DNA from: Octopus sinensis
Lineage: Eukaryota
Direction of reading: 5' to 3'
Assembly (NCBI RefSeq): GCF_006345805.1
Contig: NC_043019.1
Location: 6,881,360-6,945,359, forward strand
DNA length: 64,000 nucleotides
Made by a program: the position numbers and the translations under genes. The notes below the pieces were generated by a model, which was not told the DNA's origin, did not search any database, and worked only from the letters and a program-made list of their open reading frames with translations. Positions 36,227 through 50,160 of the stretch are shown piece by piece. The stretch's first letter is position 1, and every line of letters starts with the position of its first letter.

Positions 36227-37449
36227 GTAAGCTTACAAGGCACAAAACTCTGTAAAATATATTACTTGTTCACTATTCCTTCAACAATGTTTGCGACAAA
36301 GAGAACCTTAGCACGGTTGGATTCTTTCATACAAAATTGCAAATTATTTTGGGACGATATTTTCGACATCTATTTCATAAGATAATACAATTAAATTGTT
36401 AGGAACATTTATTGTAGAAAACATTATCCAGGAAACATTATATCGTGCTTTGCCCTTTCAAAAATTGTGAGTGGTTTCTATACGATTTTATTTATAGGAT
36501 GAAGTTTCTAAAAAGCATGATACGGGTTGTCAGCGAAACCAAATAATATATTTAGCAAAATATTCTAACCATACATAAGCGATTTCCGAAAATTCCATAT
36601 ATAATTTAAATAACCCACAGCAAATATTATAGCGACCATTCTCTGGGATATGCCTGTCTATAGAGGCAGTAAAAAAAGAATTTGAGATTGGTCAGATGTT
36701 CCTTTGAAGGAACCTCCAGGAATAGAGCGTTTCCGAATCGACTTGTTATTACTAACAAGTGATAACTTGACCCAAAAGGAAATGCAAAACTGTCGACGAT
36801 CTATAAGTCTTTTGAGTTAATGTTTTACGAGAAACGGAGCATATAATCCACAAGATAAATAGATAAATATAAGTGAGTGTGTGTATGTATATAAAGAAGA
36901 CAAGACACCAGTATTCCTAGTAATAAGAGTCAAACCAATTCAAAAGCCAAAAAATTGCACTGTCTTAATGAGCTAACCAGGGAGACAAACTCATTACGAT
37001 GGCAGAGAGAGCTAGATCATCGATGATTTTGCATTCTGATGCTTAACGTGTCTTAACGCTCATTAGTGGCTCTCACCACGTCTAGGGTTAAACTCAATTC
37101 GCCTTATAAGATTTCCGTTGAAATCATACGCTGATTTCCTGAACAGTAAAAGTGACAATTATAAATAATACGGATTGCTAATTCGCAGTTTTACAACCTA
37201 AAGGCAGAAATATATATACTTCGCTAAAGTGAATAAGGACACTAATGAACACCAATATTGCTAGAAATAAGAATCAAAACAACTTAATAACCACAAAAAG
37301 CACTATCTTAATGAGATTAATAAGTTGGACCTTTTTTAAAGCTCTGTAGTTATTCTATCGGGTCTTCTGTCGAAGAGCTAAGTTAAGGCTATGTAAATTG
37401 GCCAACACCGGTTGTCAATCGGTGACGGGTGGACACAGAAATAAAGGCA

Positions 37450-37534
<85 letters not shown>

Positions 37535-38169
37535 TTAATAATAATAACAACAAATGTGATAAAAATAATAATAATAAACTTAATAATAGTGATAATGATG
37601 GTGGTAATAATTTGCTTATTGACGTCAAAGGGTTTACATTAAGAACATTATTGCCGGTAGAGTAGAAAAGATTGTATGTGTATGTGTGTGTGTGCCTGTA
37701 TGTGTGTGCGTGCGCGTGCGTGTGGGCTGTTGCGAGCGCTTTGTGTAATAATGATAACATTAATTTCTTTATGATCATAACGAAATTACTATAGTAAAAT
37801 GCAGAAAGATGGAGTAGTTTGCAACACATAAATAATAATAATAATAATAATAATAAAAATAATAATACTATTATGATATCATATAATAAAAGAGTAGAAA
37901 GAGTAAAAGAGTAATATATAATATCAATAATAAATCAATAAATGATATTTAATAAGAAACAAAATGTGTTGATGTTTGAGGAGAAAGATTTACGATGCAC
38001 AAACACAAGTGAGATGAACGCTTGGATTATAAAACCAAAATAGCTGTTGTGATGACAATCAGTTTTGTTTTCCTAATGTGACAGCTGCTGGAGAATTAAA
38101 GATGGACAGTATTTTTAAATGCGTATCTTAGAAAAGATTATTATTATTATTATTATTATCATCGACATC

Positions 38170-38411
38170 ATCATGTTATTTCTTTATTGCCTACAAGGGG
38201 CTACACACAGAGAGGAGACAAAGAAGGACAGAGTAAGGGATTTAGGTCGAGTACACCGACCCCAGTGCGTAGCTGATACTTATTTAATCAACTCTCAAAA
38301 GAATAAAAGGCAAAGTCGACCTCGGTGGAATTTGAACTCAGAACGTAACGGTATACAAAATACCGCTTAGCCTTTCGCCCGACGTGCTAACGATTCTGCC
38401 AGCTCGCCGCC
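38170..38411 (-). mobile_element. SINE family A, alternative tail, next to (TTA)n
   Basis: aaaggcaaagtcgacctcggtggaatttgaactcagaacgtaac..ttctgccagctcgccgcc. Confidence 0.9.
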
Positions 38412-38696
38412 ATTTGTATTATTATTATTATTATTATAATAATAATTATTATTATTATTACATTTTTTTTCTTCTTTCAAATCTGCTTCCATTTCTTGCC
38501 GAGTGTCTTCCCGACTCCTAGGGCAAAGAAACTCATAGTATACATTGGTAGGCCATTAAACCAAACTCGATAGTTCGTTCATTTTTTTTTAAAGTTAAAT
38601 TAAAATACATGAGCAGCAACAGTTCTCACATCGACAATGCTCTTCTCAATACGTGTGATGTACCAGTTAAGACAATCTTTTGCACTTCTTGCAGGG

Positions 38697-38760
<64 letters not shown>

Positions 38761-38773
38761 TATTATTATTATT

Positions 38774-39112
38774 ATTCAGTAGTTTTATTTTTTATAGCGT
38801 GCTTTCACTTCACTACCGAGCGCAGCTCTGTGTGCCTTGGGTATGTGCTATGATTTGTTGTGATGCTCTGATGGTTATTGTATGGAAAGTGTTCTGCGTA
38901 GGATGTGTGCAGTGCCTAGTAGTGCAATTTTCTGTATGTTATATGTGTTTGTAAGTCCTGGTGTTTTTGTTATGTATTTGTCTGAATATTTTTTTCTCAT
39001 GCCTAATGCACCTACTATGATAGGGATTGTTTCTGTTTTTAGATTCCACATTCTGGTTACCTCTATTTCCAAGTTTTTGTATTTTGAAAGTTTCTCCATT
39101 TCTTTTAGAGAC
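38774..39112 (-). mobile_element. R4/Dong-clade LINE 3' end inserted in (TTA)n
   Basis: EKLSKYKNLEIEVTRMWNLKTETIPIIVGALG..QKIALLGTAHILRRTLSIQ* is the C-terminal restriction-like endonuclease region. Confidence 0.92.
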
Positions 39113-39129
39113 TACTATTATTATTATTA

Positions 39130-39226
<97 letters not shown>

Positions 39227-39354
39227 TTATTATTATTATTATTCCTTCGTAACATAGTGTAGGTTAAAATGTGTCGGAGTCCTTAGTCATATGTCAAGTC
39301 ACAACAAAGTGGAATAATACTTTGTAAAATAGGCTCAATGCCTGAAATTGACCC

Positions 39355-39760
39355 CAGTACTTCCTTAAGATGTGCTGTGCCCAACAAGGCTGCTTTCTGT
39401 AAGACATCAATCTCCCATGGGATTTCCAGCTGCTTTAAGAAGTCTTGAAATTTCAATGTTATTTAGCCCAAAGCTCGGATCACCACTGGTATCACTTTTG
39501 CATTACTCTCTCGCATTCCATACAGTCTTACCATTTCCACTTTCAATTCGGAGCACTTGCTGATTTTTTTCAACCTCATTACTCACAAAATTCATGTCAT
39601 TTAGTATGGCTACATCAATGATCTGTTTGTATATGTCTCTCATGTTCTCTTGTTCAATATGACAATATTGACCGACGCTGTTCCATTTACACGATCCGCC
39701 TGAAAGCCAGAGTATCGTTACATTTCCATCCTCCTGGATAACTTTATTTGCTACATGCTC
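39355..39760 (-). mobile_element. Older, divergent R4/Dong subfamily fragment
   Basis: IIDVAI...VIPVVIRALG*...QKAALLGTAHLK, with frameshifts. Confidence 0.75.
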
Positions 39761-39828
39761 ATACCAGTTCTCTGTTACTTCATATAGGTATTTACGGCAT
39801 TATTATTATTTCCACGGCAGTATTATTA

Positions 39829-39902
<74 letters not shown>

Positions 39903-40011
39903 TTATTATATTATTATTATTATCATTATTATTATTATTATTATTATTATGATTATTATTATCATTATTTTCATTATTATGTTTATTATTATTATTATTA
40001 CTATTATTATT

Positions 40012-40560
40012 GAGTGAGAGAGCAGTTCATGCCATCAAAGTGACACTGGGGTAAAATATACGAAGCCCAATATACCCATCATGACTACCCGTCTGATAAA
40101 CCAGGCACATGCATCACAACATTATGTGCGCGACATGGTGATCTCATATCAAGATAAACAGCACATGACCTTGCAGGTGGGGCCCAGTTAGAATTTTCTT
40201 CAGGTTGAGTAGCCCATCCCGCTCAAACGGTCCCTGAATAAGGGTTGCTTAAGGATGTTGAAAGAACCACCCATGTTTCCAGAGGTGAACTATTCAAACC
40301 CCAAAGAATCCCTCTCAACACATGGCTATGATGCTCCCCCACAACTTCTGCTCGTGATCAGAGATGCACATATCGTCAGCCACTAAGGAACATGCTCAAC
40401 TGGTTAAGGTCAAACAACTGACAAGCAAATCTGTGGTATTGAGCAGAATATTTGCTGTAGCCCATCTTTTATACCAAGACAAAACAATGTACATGATAAC
40501 ACTTCCAATCAGTTAAGATCAGAAGCCATGAGAGCCACCGCCTGGTACTGCATCAGGGTA
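40012..40560 (-). mobile_element. ~550-bp non-coding element in (TTA)n, copy 1
   Basis: Highly similar to 40578-41048 and bounded by TTA repeats. Strand is inferred from truncation polarity. Confidence 0.75.
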
Positions 40561-40577
40561 TTATTATTATTATTATT

Positions 40578-41048
40578 GAGTGAGAGAGCAGTTCATGCCA
40601 TCAAAGTGACACTGGGGTAAAATATACGAAGCCCAATATACCCATCATGACTACCCGTCTGATAAGGGTAAACCAGGCACATGCATCACAACCATATGTG
40701 CGCGACATGGTGATCTCATATCAAGATAAACAGCACATGACTATGCAGGTGGAGCCCAGTTAGAATTTTCTTCAGGTTGAGTAGCCCATCCCGCTCAAAA
40801 GGTCCCTGAATAAGGGTTGTTTAAGGATGTTGAAAGAACCACCCATGTTTCCAGAAGTGAATAATTCAAACCCCAAAGAATCCCTTTCAAGACATGGCTA
40901 TGATGCTCCTCTACTGCTTCTGCTCGTGATCAGAGATGCACATATCGTCAGCCACTAAGGGACATGCTCAACCGGTTAAAGTCAAACAACTGACAAGCAA
41001 ATCTGTGGTATTGAGCAGAATATTTGCTGTAGCCCATCTTTTATACCA
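40578..41048 (-). mobile_element. Same element, copy 2 (lacks the last ~100 nt of copy 1)
   Basis: Same start (gagtgagagagcagttcatgcc). Ends early at cccatcttttatacca, then TTA repeats. Confidence 0.75.
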
Positions 41049-41070
41049 TCTTTTATTATTATTATTATTA

Positions 41071-41121
<51 letters not shown>

Positions 41122-41223
41122 CATTATTATCATTATTATTATTATCATCATCATTATTATTATTATTATTATTATTGTTGTTGTTGTTGTTGTTGTTGTT
41201 CATTGCTGTTGTACTTGCTCCAG

Positions 41224-41263
<40 letters not shown>

Positions 41264-41880
41264 GGTTGTTGTTGTTGTGGTTGTTATTTTTTTTCTCTAG
41301 TGACCTGACTTCTATTGCGTGCATTTACATCACGAAAACAATGTATTTTGAGCACAAGCAGTGGTAAAGTGCGTTTTTCATGAACTCAAAGCAATATATT
41401 TGTAACGACTATTGCTATTTAAAGAAAAAAAAAACATATCATTTTGTGTTTATCAAATGGAAAAATTACATTTTACATTTGAAAATCGCCAAAACAACTC
41501 AGTAATTCATTGTTTAGTTGATAATGCTTAAGTGGTCATGTACGTATGCGATTTTGTACGAACGCAGGTTTGTTTGTACTTACATATTTGTGCGCGTGCA
41601 TGAATATATACATACAGACAAATATAAAATACCTATACACATGTATAGGCATATGTGCTTATATACATAAATATATGCACACACACAAGTAGTGGATATA
41701 CATATTGTATGCATGCATATATATGCATATATAAGTATATATATATATTTGTAAATATGTGTATATATATATGTGTGTGTGTGTGTGTTGTTGTTGTTGT
41801 GTGTGTATATATGTATATATATGTGTGTGTGTGTGTGCACATACAGTATCTTGTGTACGAGTATGCGATTTAGTTGGTGT

Positions 41881-41917
<37 letters not shown>

Positions 41918-41960
41918 TGAGAGAAGACACAGTGAAAGAAAGAACGAAAGAACAAAAGAC

Positions 41961-41995
<35 letters not shown>

Positions 41996-43532
41996 CACGG
42001 TGCGACACAAAGTGTTTTTGTATGTAATGAAAATGGCCACTTTTAAATGCATTAAAATCACAGCTGTGCTCCAGTTTTGCCTTTTATATTAAAGTTATTT
42101 CCTGATTAAACCATCATATTTTCCTGTGTAAAATAAATGTTCTTGCAATGAACTTTCCAGGCCTTATTGATTTATGACATGATTGAAACACAAGCAATTT
42201 TCGGTAAACAGATAAAAATTTGTACTTATATTGCTTTTCATAACGCTAGTATTGATTTCTAAAAACAAACCACTTTTCACCGAAAATTACGGAAGCTGAA
42301 TAAATGAATTTATTGAACCCTAGTTCTTTGTTGGTGCTTTATTTCATCGAGTTTAAAATGAAGAATTAGAAGGAGAACTTCTGATTTTACATCACTTCGT
42401 CAGAACGTCCAATATATGATATCACTTGAAAGATAATTATTGATGTCACTAATCTTCTAACGTGCCCCTTCACAACACAAATCAAACAACCACATTCCAC
42501 CATTCACTAAAGCCAACGAAAAATATACATTCTATAAATGATGGCGCAATATGTGAACTTAATGACTCGTGGCGTATTCAGTCAGATACATGAGAATATA
42601 TGTGTAACTGGAGAACAAACTTGTACACAATATTCACTTCTATGATGCTTGTATGAGCGAGTGTACTCGTGCCATGCAGCTTGCTCGAGGGCGTTTCTAC
42701 ATCCATATCTGTTAACGGATATTTTTAATACCTTGTTATTGGATTGCGTGTTCGTTACTCTTTTGCCATCTGTGATTTTATTTTTGATCTTCTATATAAT
42801 TGAAGATATTTCCTCCGTCTGGCTGTCTTTCTTTCTACAAAACGGCTAGTTACATTGCGGAACAGTCATTTTAACGAGTTGTACTTATTTATCACCCGAC
42901 GAGATACATCTACACCACCGGATGCCCCTGAACCAGTTGTTGAATGTCCCACCCAAAAGGAATCAATAATAGAGGTGTCGAAACAATTGAGTGATCAATA
43001 CTAAATTCTCATATAGTCCACACGGACTCAGTCCGTGTGTATCATAAGTTGAAGAGGGAAGGATGACTTCCCTTATATATAGACACAGATATATGTATAT
43101 ATCATATATAGTGTTATCCTATAAAAATTTATACATAGAATACCCTTATATAGCCATATTTGAAATGGCAAAAATACTACGGTTGTGTACGCTACTGTAT
43201 ATAACTTGATGATATTGATCATTGTTTGATTTCACTTTTTAATATCAGCCAGTGGACGCTGGAAAAAGTATAAGTATTTGTGAAGAAATCAATTCTCGGC
43301 GACAACTAGATGTCACACGCTGACTAGAGGTCATACTCGAAATCGAGTCCGTGTGTATCAAAGTGAAGACGGGAAGGATGACTTCCCTTGCAAATACTGA
43401 CAGGACACAGATAGTGTGTCTATGCAGCTGGAGGAGTGTCCTGGGGCTAAAAACTACAGTAGCATCCACCTTAGTTAGCCATATTGAAATGGCAAAAAAC
43501 GTCATATATATATAATATATAATAATATAGAA

Positions 43533-43564
<32 letters not shown>

Positions 43565-44452
43565 GAGAGACAGACAGGGACAGACAGACAGGAAGAGAGA
43601 GAGAGAGTGGTGTGAGAGAGAGGATTATTTCCATTCCCAACATAGTAATCTGTCCCGGGCCTGTGTATGCAAGACATTTTTTTCTTTTTCCTTTTTTTGG
43701 CCAGAGTGCTGCGCCGTGCGACTAGGAAGAATATGACGTAGTCGCAACATGAACTTCTTAATCGCACACAGAAATGGCCTGCAACAACGAATAATAATTA
43801 TGTTTACTATTTATAACCATTTTCAGAAATATTGGTTGCTTAGAGATGATTCCGCAATAAATCTTCGTCTATAATTGGGTTAATTTAGAAGTCGTTGTTG
43901 TCAGGTAATGGATAAAGAAAACAATTAGTTTATAATATGAAAGTTCTAAAGGATGAAAAATAATGGAACGGTGATAATTACATGCAGTCCGTCAATGCGA
44001 ATTAAGCTCTGATAAAAATCGAAGTCGTGATTGATTTAAATATATTAGTAAATTGCGTATTTCGAGGAGACTTATGATATTGAGCGATAATGAGGTGGAC
44101 TCGATATACACATCATAAACCATTATGGAATTATGGAACATTGAGAAACGTTTAGTCAGGCTAGCAAAATAGGCAACGGCTGAATAATATGCTCGTGTGT
44201 GTGTGGGTCTGTCTGTCTGTCTCTATCTAATTGCATATATATATATATCTCTATATATATATATATCTGTGATATATATATGAGTGTATTTATATATACA
44301 TACATACATACAAGAAGATATAATAATATATTAATATATTAAGGTACATTAAATGCATTATCATTTATCTATCTATCTATCTATCTATCTATCTGACAAT
44401 CTATATGATTTCTCTCTGTCTGTCTATCTCTCTCTCTCTCTCTCTCTCCCTC

Positions 44453-44487
<35 letters not shown>

Positions 44488-44860
44488 ATATATATATACA
44501 GACACAGACACATACACACACATACTAACAAACACACACGCACACACACACAGAATATATATATGTCTCATACATATGAATATATTTATGTGTGCGTGTG
44601 TATATATATAGATATATAAACAGAGAGAGAGAGAGACATGAGTAGATAAATAGATAAATAAAGGGATAGACACATACATACGCACATACAAGAATATATA
44701 TATATATATATATATATATGCATATGAACCTGTATATATGAATGTGTGTGTGTGTGTGTGTGCATGTACTGCGTAGCTAATTATTGTTTATTGACGTTAT
44801 TTCCTTGCAATTGCAGTAATAAATATTCGATTAAAACTAAACTGAACACAATGTATGCAG

Positions 44861-44923
44861 GGCTTATGATGCTGGGAATAAGCACCAGGTGGCCCCTAGA
44901 ATCAAAGGCCCTGTGTCTTCTTT
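44861..44923 (+). CDS. Candidate 63-nt internal exon (alternative acceptor at 44817)
   Basis: atgcag|G ... TTT|GTGAGT, GC-richer, open in phase 2 (AYDAGNKHQVAPRIKGPVSS). Weak polypyrimidine tract. Confidence 0.25.
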
Positions 44924-45571
44924 GTGAGTAAAATCTCTGCGAGAAACACCTCTTCCTCCAAGATGTGCCTATTTTTAAAAGTTAGTCTGTATTCTTCTGA
45001 ACGTATAATGTTTTCTTTAAATCTTACTTTACAAACAGCAAATTTTAATGTCAAGTGCAATTGGCTTCTATTTCTAGTAATCTCTGCTACCATGCAGATG
45101 GATCCGTTGACCGTCTGATATCGTTCACTGTTATTTTTACATAACGCATTTTATCCCCAGTTTTTGGGGGGATCCGTGTAGGAAATGTCTTATTTTGGCG
45201 TTTAGATGTTTGTCCGTTAAGCTACATTCGTTTTCTCGATAAATCAATTAACATGCCTCGAACCTAATTAAAATTTGAGAATTTTTTTGTGTTAAAATAT
45301 TTAGTTTACAGAAGATTGAATATCTATTTTGAAAAAAAAAATCTATTTGTGGAGGAAAGACGAATAGAATATTGACATCAAGGTCTTCGCAGAGATAGGT
45401 AGATTTATCAGCAGTGTTCTTCGGATATCTTTCCTCTTTGAAAACGGTAGGCAGCTGAGTGGTATAAGCTCTAAGCCCACATAACTTCAGTACAGTAAGA
45501 AACACATTACACCGTTAAACTTAAATCAATGAATTAGATAGGAAATGGACGTATTCAGTTTTTATTTATGG

Positions 45572-45730
45572 AAGGCGCGCACCTGGCAGAAACATTAGCA
45601 CTCCAGGCGAACTGCTTGGCGGCATGTTGTCCGCCTTTACGTACCGAGTTTTAAGTCCCCCAAGGTTGACATTGCCTTTTATCTTTTCAGGGTCAAAACA
45701 TAAATACCAGATAAGTACTGGTGTCAATTT
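45572..45730 (+). mobile_element. SINE family A, diverged
   Basis: ctggcagaaacattagcactccaggcgaactgctt..ttgccttttatc. Confidence 0.7.
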
Positions 45731-46331
45731 CAGGCCTTGAGCCTATATTACAAAGTATTATTCCCCCTATGAATCGTAAATATCACCATACAGGCTGAAG
45801 GATTCATACTACATGGTATATGCTTAGGACAAACGATACCTAGGTTAACAATATCATACCATATATGTTTAATCGTTTGTAAAAAGCTTCTTTCAAGGTC
45901 CTCCAACTCCTTTCACGATACCCTAAACTTTTGTTCGACAGTGTTGTTCATGTTGATATAAAATTCAATTGTGTTCTCTTAAATTGAAAGTTGTCATCTC
46001 TGTTCGGGTGCCTTCCATCACAATGTTTATGTTTTCTATTAGTTGTACAGATCCGAGCAAAACATCTTTAAATCAAAAAGCCTTCGTGATTCAACATCAA
46101 AACAGTTTTACTTGACCTGAAGGAGAATTCTAACAAGAGAAAACTTTCAAGATTTAAAGCAGAATGTTTCTGTTTCATGTTGGGAAAATTGAATTTAGCA
46201 AGAAATATTCTTTCTCAATAATCTCGCGGCCTTTTCTATTTATTTTCCTCAAATGTCATTACACGAGTGTTAGTGCTAAAATAAGATTGTTAATATTGTG
46301 TAACATAAGACTGTTGTAGGTGATATGTATG

Positions 46332-46635
46332 TAGGCGCCGGCGTGGATGTCTGGTAATAGCTTTCTCAACCGCATGGTTCTCGTTTTAGTCCGACTGCGT
46401 GGCACCTTGGGCGAGAGTATTCCACTATAATCTTAGTTTAACCAAAGTCTTGTGAGTGGATTTGGTAGACGAAGGATGTTTACGTCCCGTAGCATAACGT
46501 TCTGTAAATGACACAGATCGATTAAATACAGGCTTTAAAAAATTCAATAGATCATGGAGTCTATTCGTTCGACTAAAATTGTTGGTGGTGGTGCCTCAGC
46601 ATGGCCGCAGTCTATCGAAACAAGTAAACGAATAA
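46332..46635 (+). mobile_element. SINE family B with internal deletion
   Basis: ctgcgtggcaccttgggc..gtgagtggatttggtagacg..ggtggtgcctcagcatggccgcagtc. Confidence 0.88.
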
Positions 46636-47002
46636 CATATTTAGTGTGCAGGGGGTTATCTTAGCAATCAAAAATCCTTCCACATGGAAACTGTGGTATT
46701 CGTTTCTGTTGTGGTTATAGAGATAAATACCAACGGCCCCATTTTTAAATATGCATACATACATATGTATGTGTGTGTGTCTGTATGTGTGTGTGTGTCT
46801 GTGTGTGTGTGTGTCTGTCTGTCTGTGTCTGTGTCTGTGTTTATAAACGCATTCTTGGGTGTTGAAAATTTCAAATCAGAAAGAGAAAATGTACATATAA
46901 CATACATTCATATATAAAATACACACTACACACACGCACAAATACATTATACAAATACTATACATATATGCACATATGTATATATATATATATATATATA
47001 TA

Positions 47003-47043
<41 letters not shown>

Positions 47044-47052
47044 TATATATAG

Positions 47053-47099
<47 letters not shown>

Positions 47100-47142
47100 T
47101 ATATATGTATGTTTATATATATATAGATATAGAGAGAGAGAG

Positions 47143-47203
<61 letters not shown>

Positions 47204-47239
47204 TTGATAGATAGATATATACATGCATAAATTATATAC

Positions 47240-47275
<36 letters not shown>

Positions 47276-47807
47276 ATGTATTATGTATATACACACATTC
47301 ACTAACACACATTCGCTCACAGGGTCACACACGCACACGCCCGCACACGTATGAACTTATCACCTCTCATACTGCGGAATTCAATATCTTTGCCATTGTA
47401 AGGATATCAAGCAATACTCGTGTTTTCGTGTTTCTAGCGTAAATTAAATTTGGCATTACTCAAATAATTATCTTTGGTGACACATGTTAACAAATTTCAA
47501 TGTATTCTTAATGTTTGTATACATTTCCCCCCACTTCAATGTGTGTTCACAGCTTCTCACTTTCCATTCGTTTAATATCGAAGCCGATGATATTAATATC
47601 CATTAGGTTTCGAATTAAATTTGAGATATAATGTCGTAATGACACCTTGAATCGCGGATTAAAAGTGTTTTGTGCAATAATATGATAATGTATATATGCA
47701 TACATTCTTGCATAGGTATTATTCATGTATGTTTATAAGGACACCCATATATGTGTTGTATTGTTGAGTTTATATGTCTTTGTGTAAATATATATATATT
47801 GTATATA

Positions 47808-47854
<47 letters not shown>

Positions 47855-48035
47855 ATATGTATGTATATTATGGATTATAATATATATATATATATGTTAT
47901 ATATATATGTATATATGTATATGTATATATATGTATATATATGTATATATATATACATATATATATATACGTACGTAAATGTATAGAGAAACGAAGCAAT
48001 AGGTTAAGTATTTATGTATTACATATATCTGTCAA

Positions 48036-48081
<46 letters not shown>

Positions 48082-48580
48082 AGTGTATATATATATATAA
48101 ACACACACTTGTATGTATGAATGTACATATACCCGTATATGCATATATGTACATATACGCATGTATGTGTTTATGCATGTATATAACCGATTGTCTGGGT
48201 GTGTCTCAGTGTGTGTGTGTGTGTGCTCGAGTACGTGTGTCTGCATCTCAGATAACACACTGTTTAATGTTATTCGGTGTGATATTTTCCTTTAGGTATG
48301 TCAATCCCTGCGCTTCTGACACGACCAAATGTCATTGGCATCAAATACCACCTGCACTTACGGATATATTTGCGCGTGTATGTGCCCGTTGTACTGGTTG
48401 AGTGTTGGGTGTAATATATATATATATAGATATATATATTAAAAACATTATGGTGAATTGAAGAAATGGAGCTGAACGCAGATTGAAACAGAAATCGTGT
48501 TTAATGCTGTGATTTTTGCTACTAAGGTATCGTTAACTTTTGATTAATCTACAACAAGATTATTCATCTTTCTATTTCAC

Positions 48581-48621
<41 letters not shown>

Positions 48622-48732
48622 ATATATACACATATACATATACATTATATGCAAGTATGTATGTATAATTATAAATATACATATATATGCAAGTATATAG
48701 TATGATATATATACATATATAAATGTGTATAT

Positions 48733-49150
48733 GAATGTTGTTGAAATTCCATTGAAGTAGCCTTGAATCTAGATTAGAAACTGGTACTTTCTCTAATGGC
48801 AAGAAATTTCGAAATATAACTAACAATGACATACATATATACAGACATATACACATACATACGTTCATACCGACACACATATACATACATACATACATAC
48901 ATACATACATACATACATACATACATACATACAAAAATACCCTGTTGTTGATGTTGGAATTCCAACGACGGTGCCTTGGATCTGGGTTTGAAACCGGTTC
49001 TTTCTCTATTGGCAAGAAATCTTGAAATAAGTCTGAACAATGAGAATCATACACACATACAGACATACGCACATACATTCACACACGCATACTTACATAT
49101 CGACACACATACATACATACATATATACATACACATACATATATACATAC
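48733..49150 (+). repeat. Two diverged tandem copies of a ~100-bp unit, each followed by a (CATA)n tail
   Basis: 48733-48830 resembles 48941-49045 (gccttg.atct.g.tt.gaaac.ggt.ctttctcta.tggcaagaaat). Confidence 0.75.
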
Positions 49151-49579
49151 ATACACTGAGTTACGTAGGTCTATAAACTCACGTACAACGCACATGCTTA
49201 CACACACACACAATCGGAGACTGACAGACCTAAAGACAGAGAGACAGACGGAGAGACACCAATTTCCTTTCTGTTCGCTGATAATCGTTTGTCTTATTGT
49301 TATGTTTCCATGGTTACACTTACATTGATCTCACTTAAATCACACACCTATATTAAGTCGAATCCTGTGATGTTTCCCTTTAATCTTTTGTCTTACGTAA
49401 AACATCTGACTGTATTAGCCAAGTAATTGCTCTCGTTTCTCGAGATGCAGAGACAAGAAAAAGACAACAACAACAACAACAAAAATAACCAACATCAGTG
49501 ACAACAGCCGCTACACCAACATTAAGAACAAGAACACCAACAATAGAAGTAAATTTATTGGATTCTTCATCCGTGAAGA

Positions 49580-49656
49580 TTCACTCCATTTTGTTGTTAT
49601 TATTATTATTATTATTATATTTATTATTATTATTATATTATATTATTATTATTAAT

Positions 49657-49687
<31 letters not shown>

Positions 49688-49886
49688 TTTTTATTATTAT
49701 ATTATTATTATTATATTATTATTATTATTATTATTATATTATCATTATTATTACTATTATCATCATCTATCATTATTAATAATACTATTTTTATTATTAT
49801 TATTATTATCATTATTATCATTACTATTATTATTATTATTATTATTATTATTTTTATAACTATCATTATTATTGTTATTGTTGTTA

Positions 49887-49947
<61 letters not shown>

Positions 49948-50160
49948 CATCATTGTTGTTGTTGTTACTCGTACTCTTTCTATTTTTGTATATATTAAAT
50001 ATATTATATTTATTATTGTTCTTCTTCTTATTATTTTTATTATTGTTGTTGTTGTTATGTTAATTACTACGACTACTATTACTTATACCGTTGTTATTAT
50101 GTTTGTTATCATCATCATCATCATTATTATTACTGCTGTCGCCATTATCATTATTATTGT
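49580..50160. repeat. (TTA)/(TTG)/(TCA) trinucleotide array
   Basis: Directly visible. Confidence 0.95.

Noticed and set aside
40500-40560. HDV-like ribozyme at the putative 5' end of the 550-bp element
   Set aside because: I could not build the P1/P3/P1.1 pseudoknot by hand.
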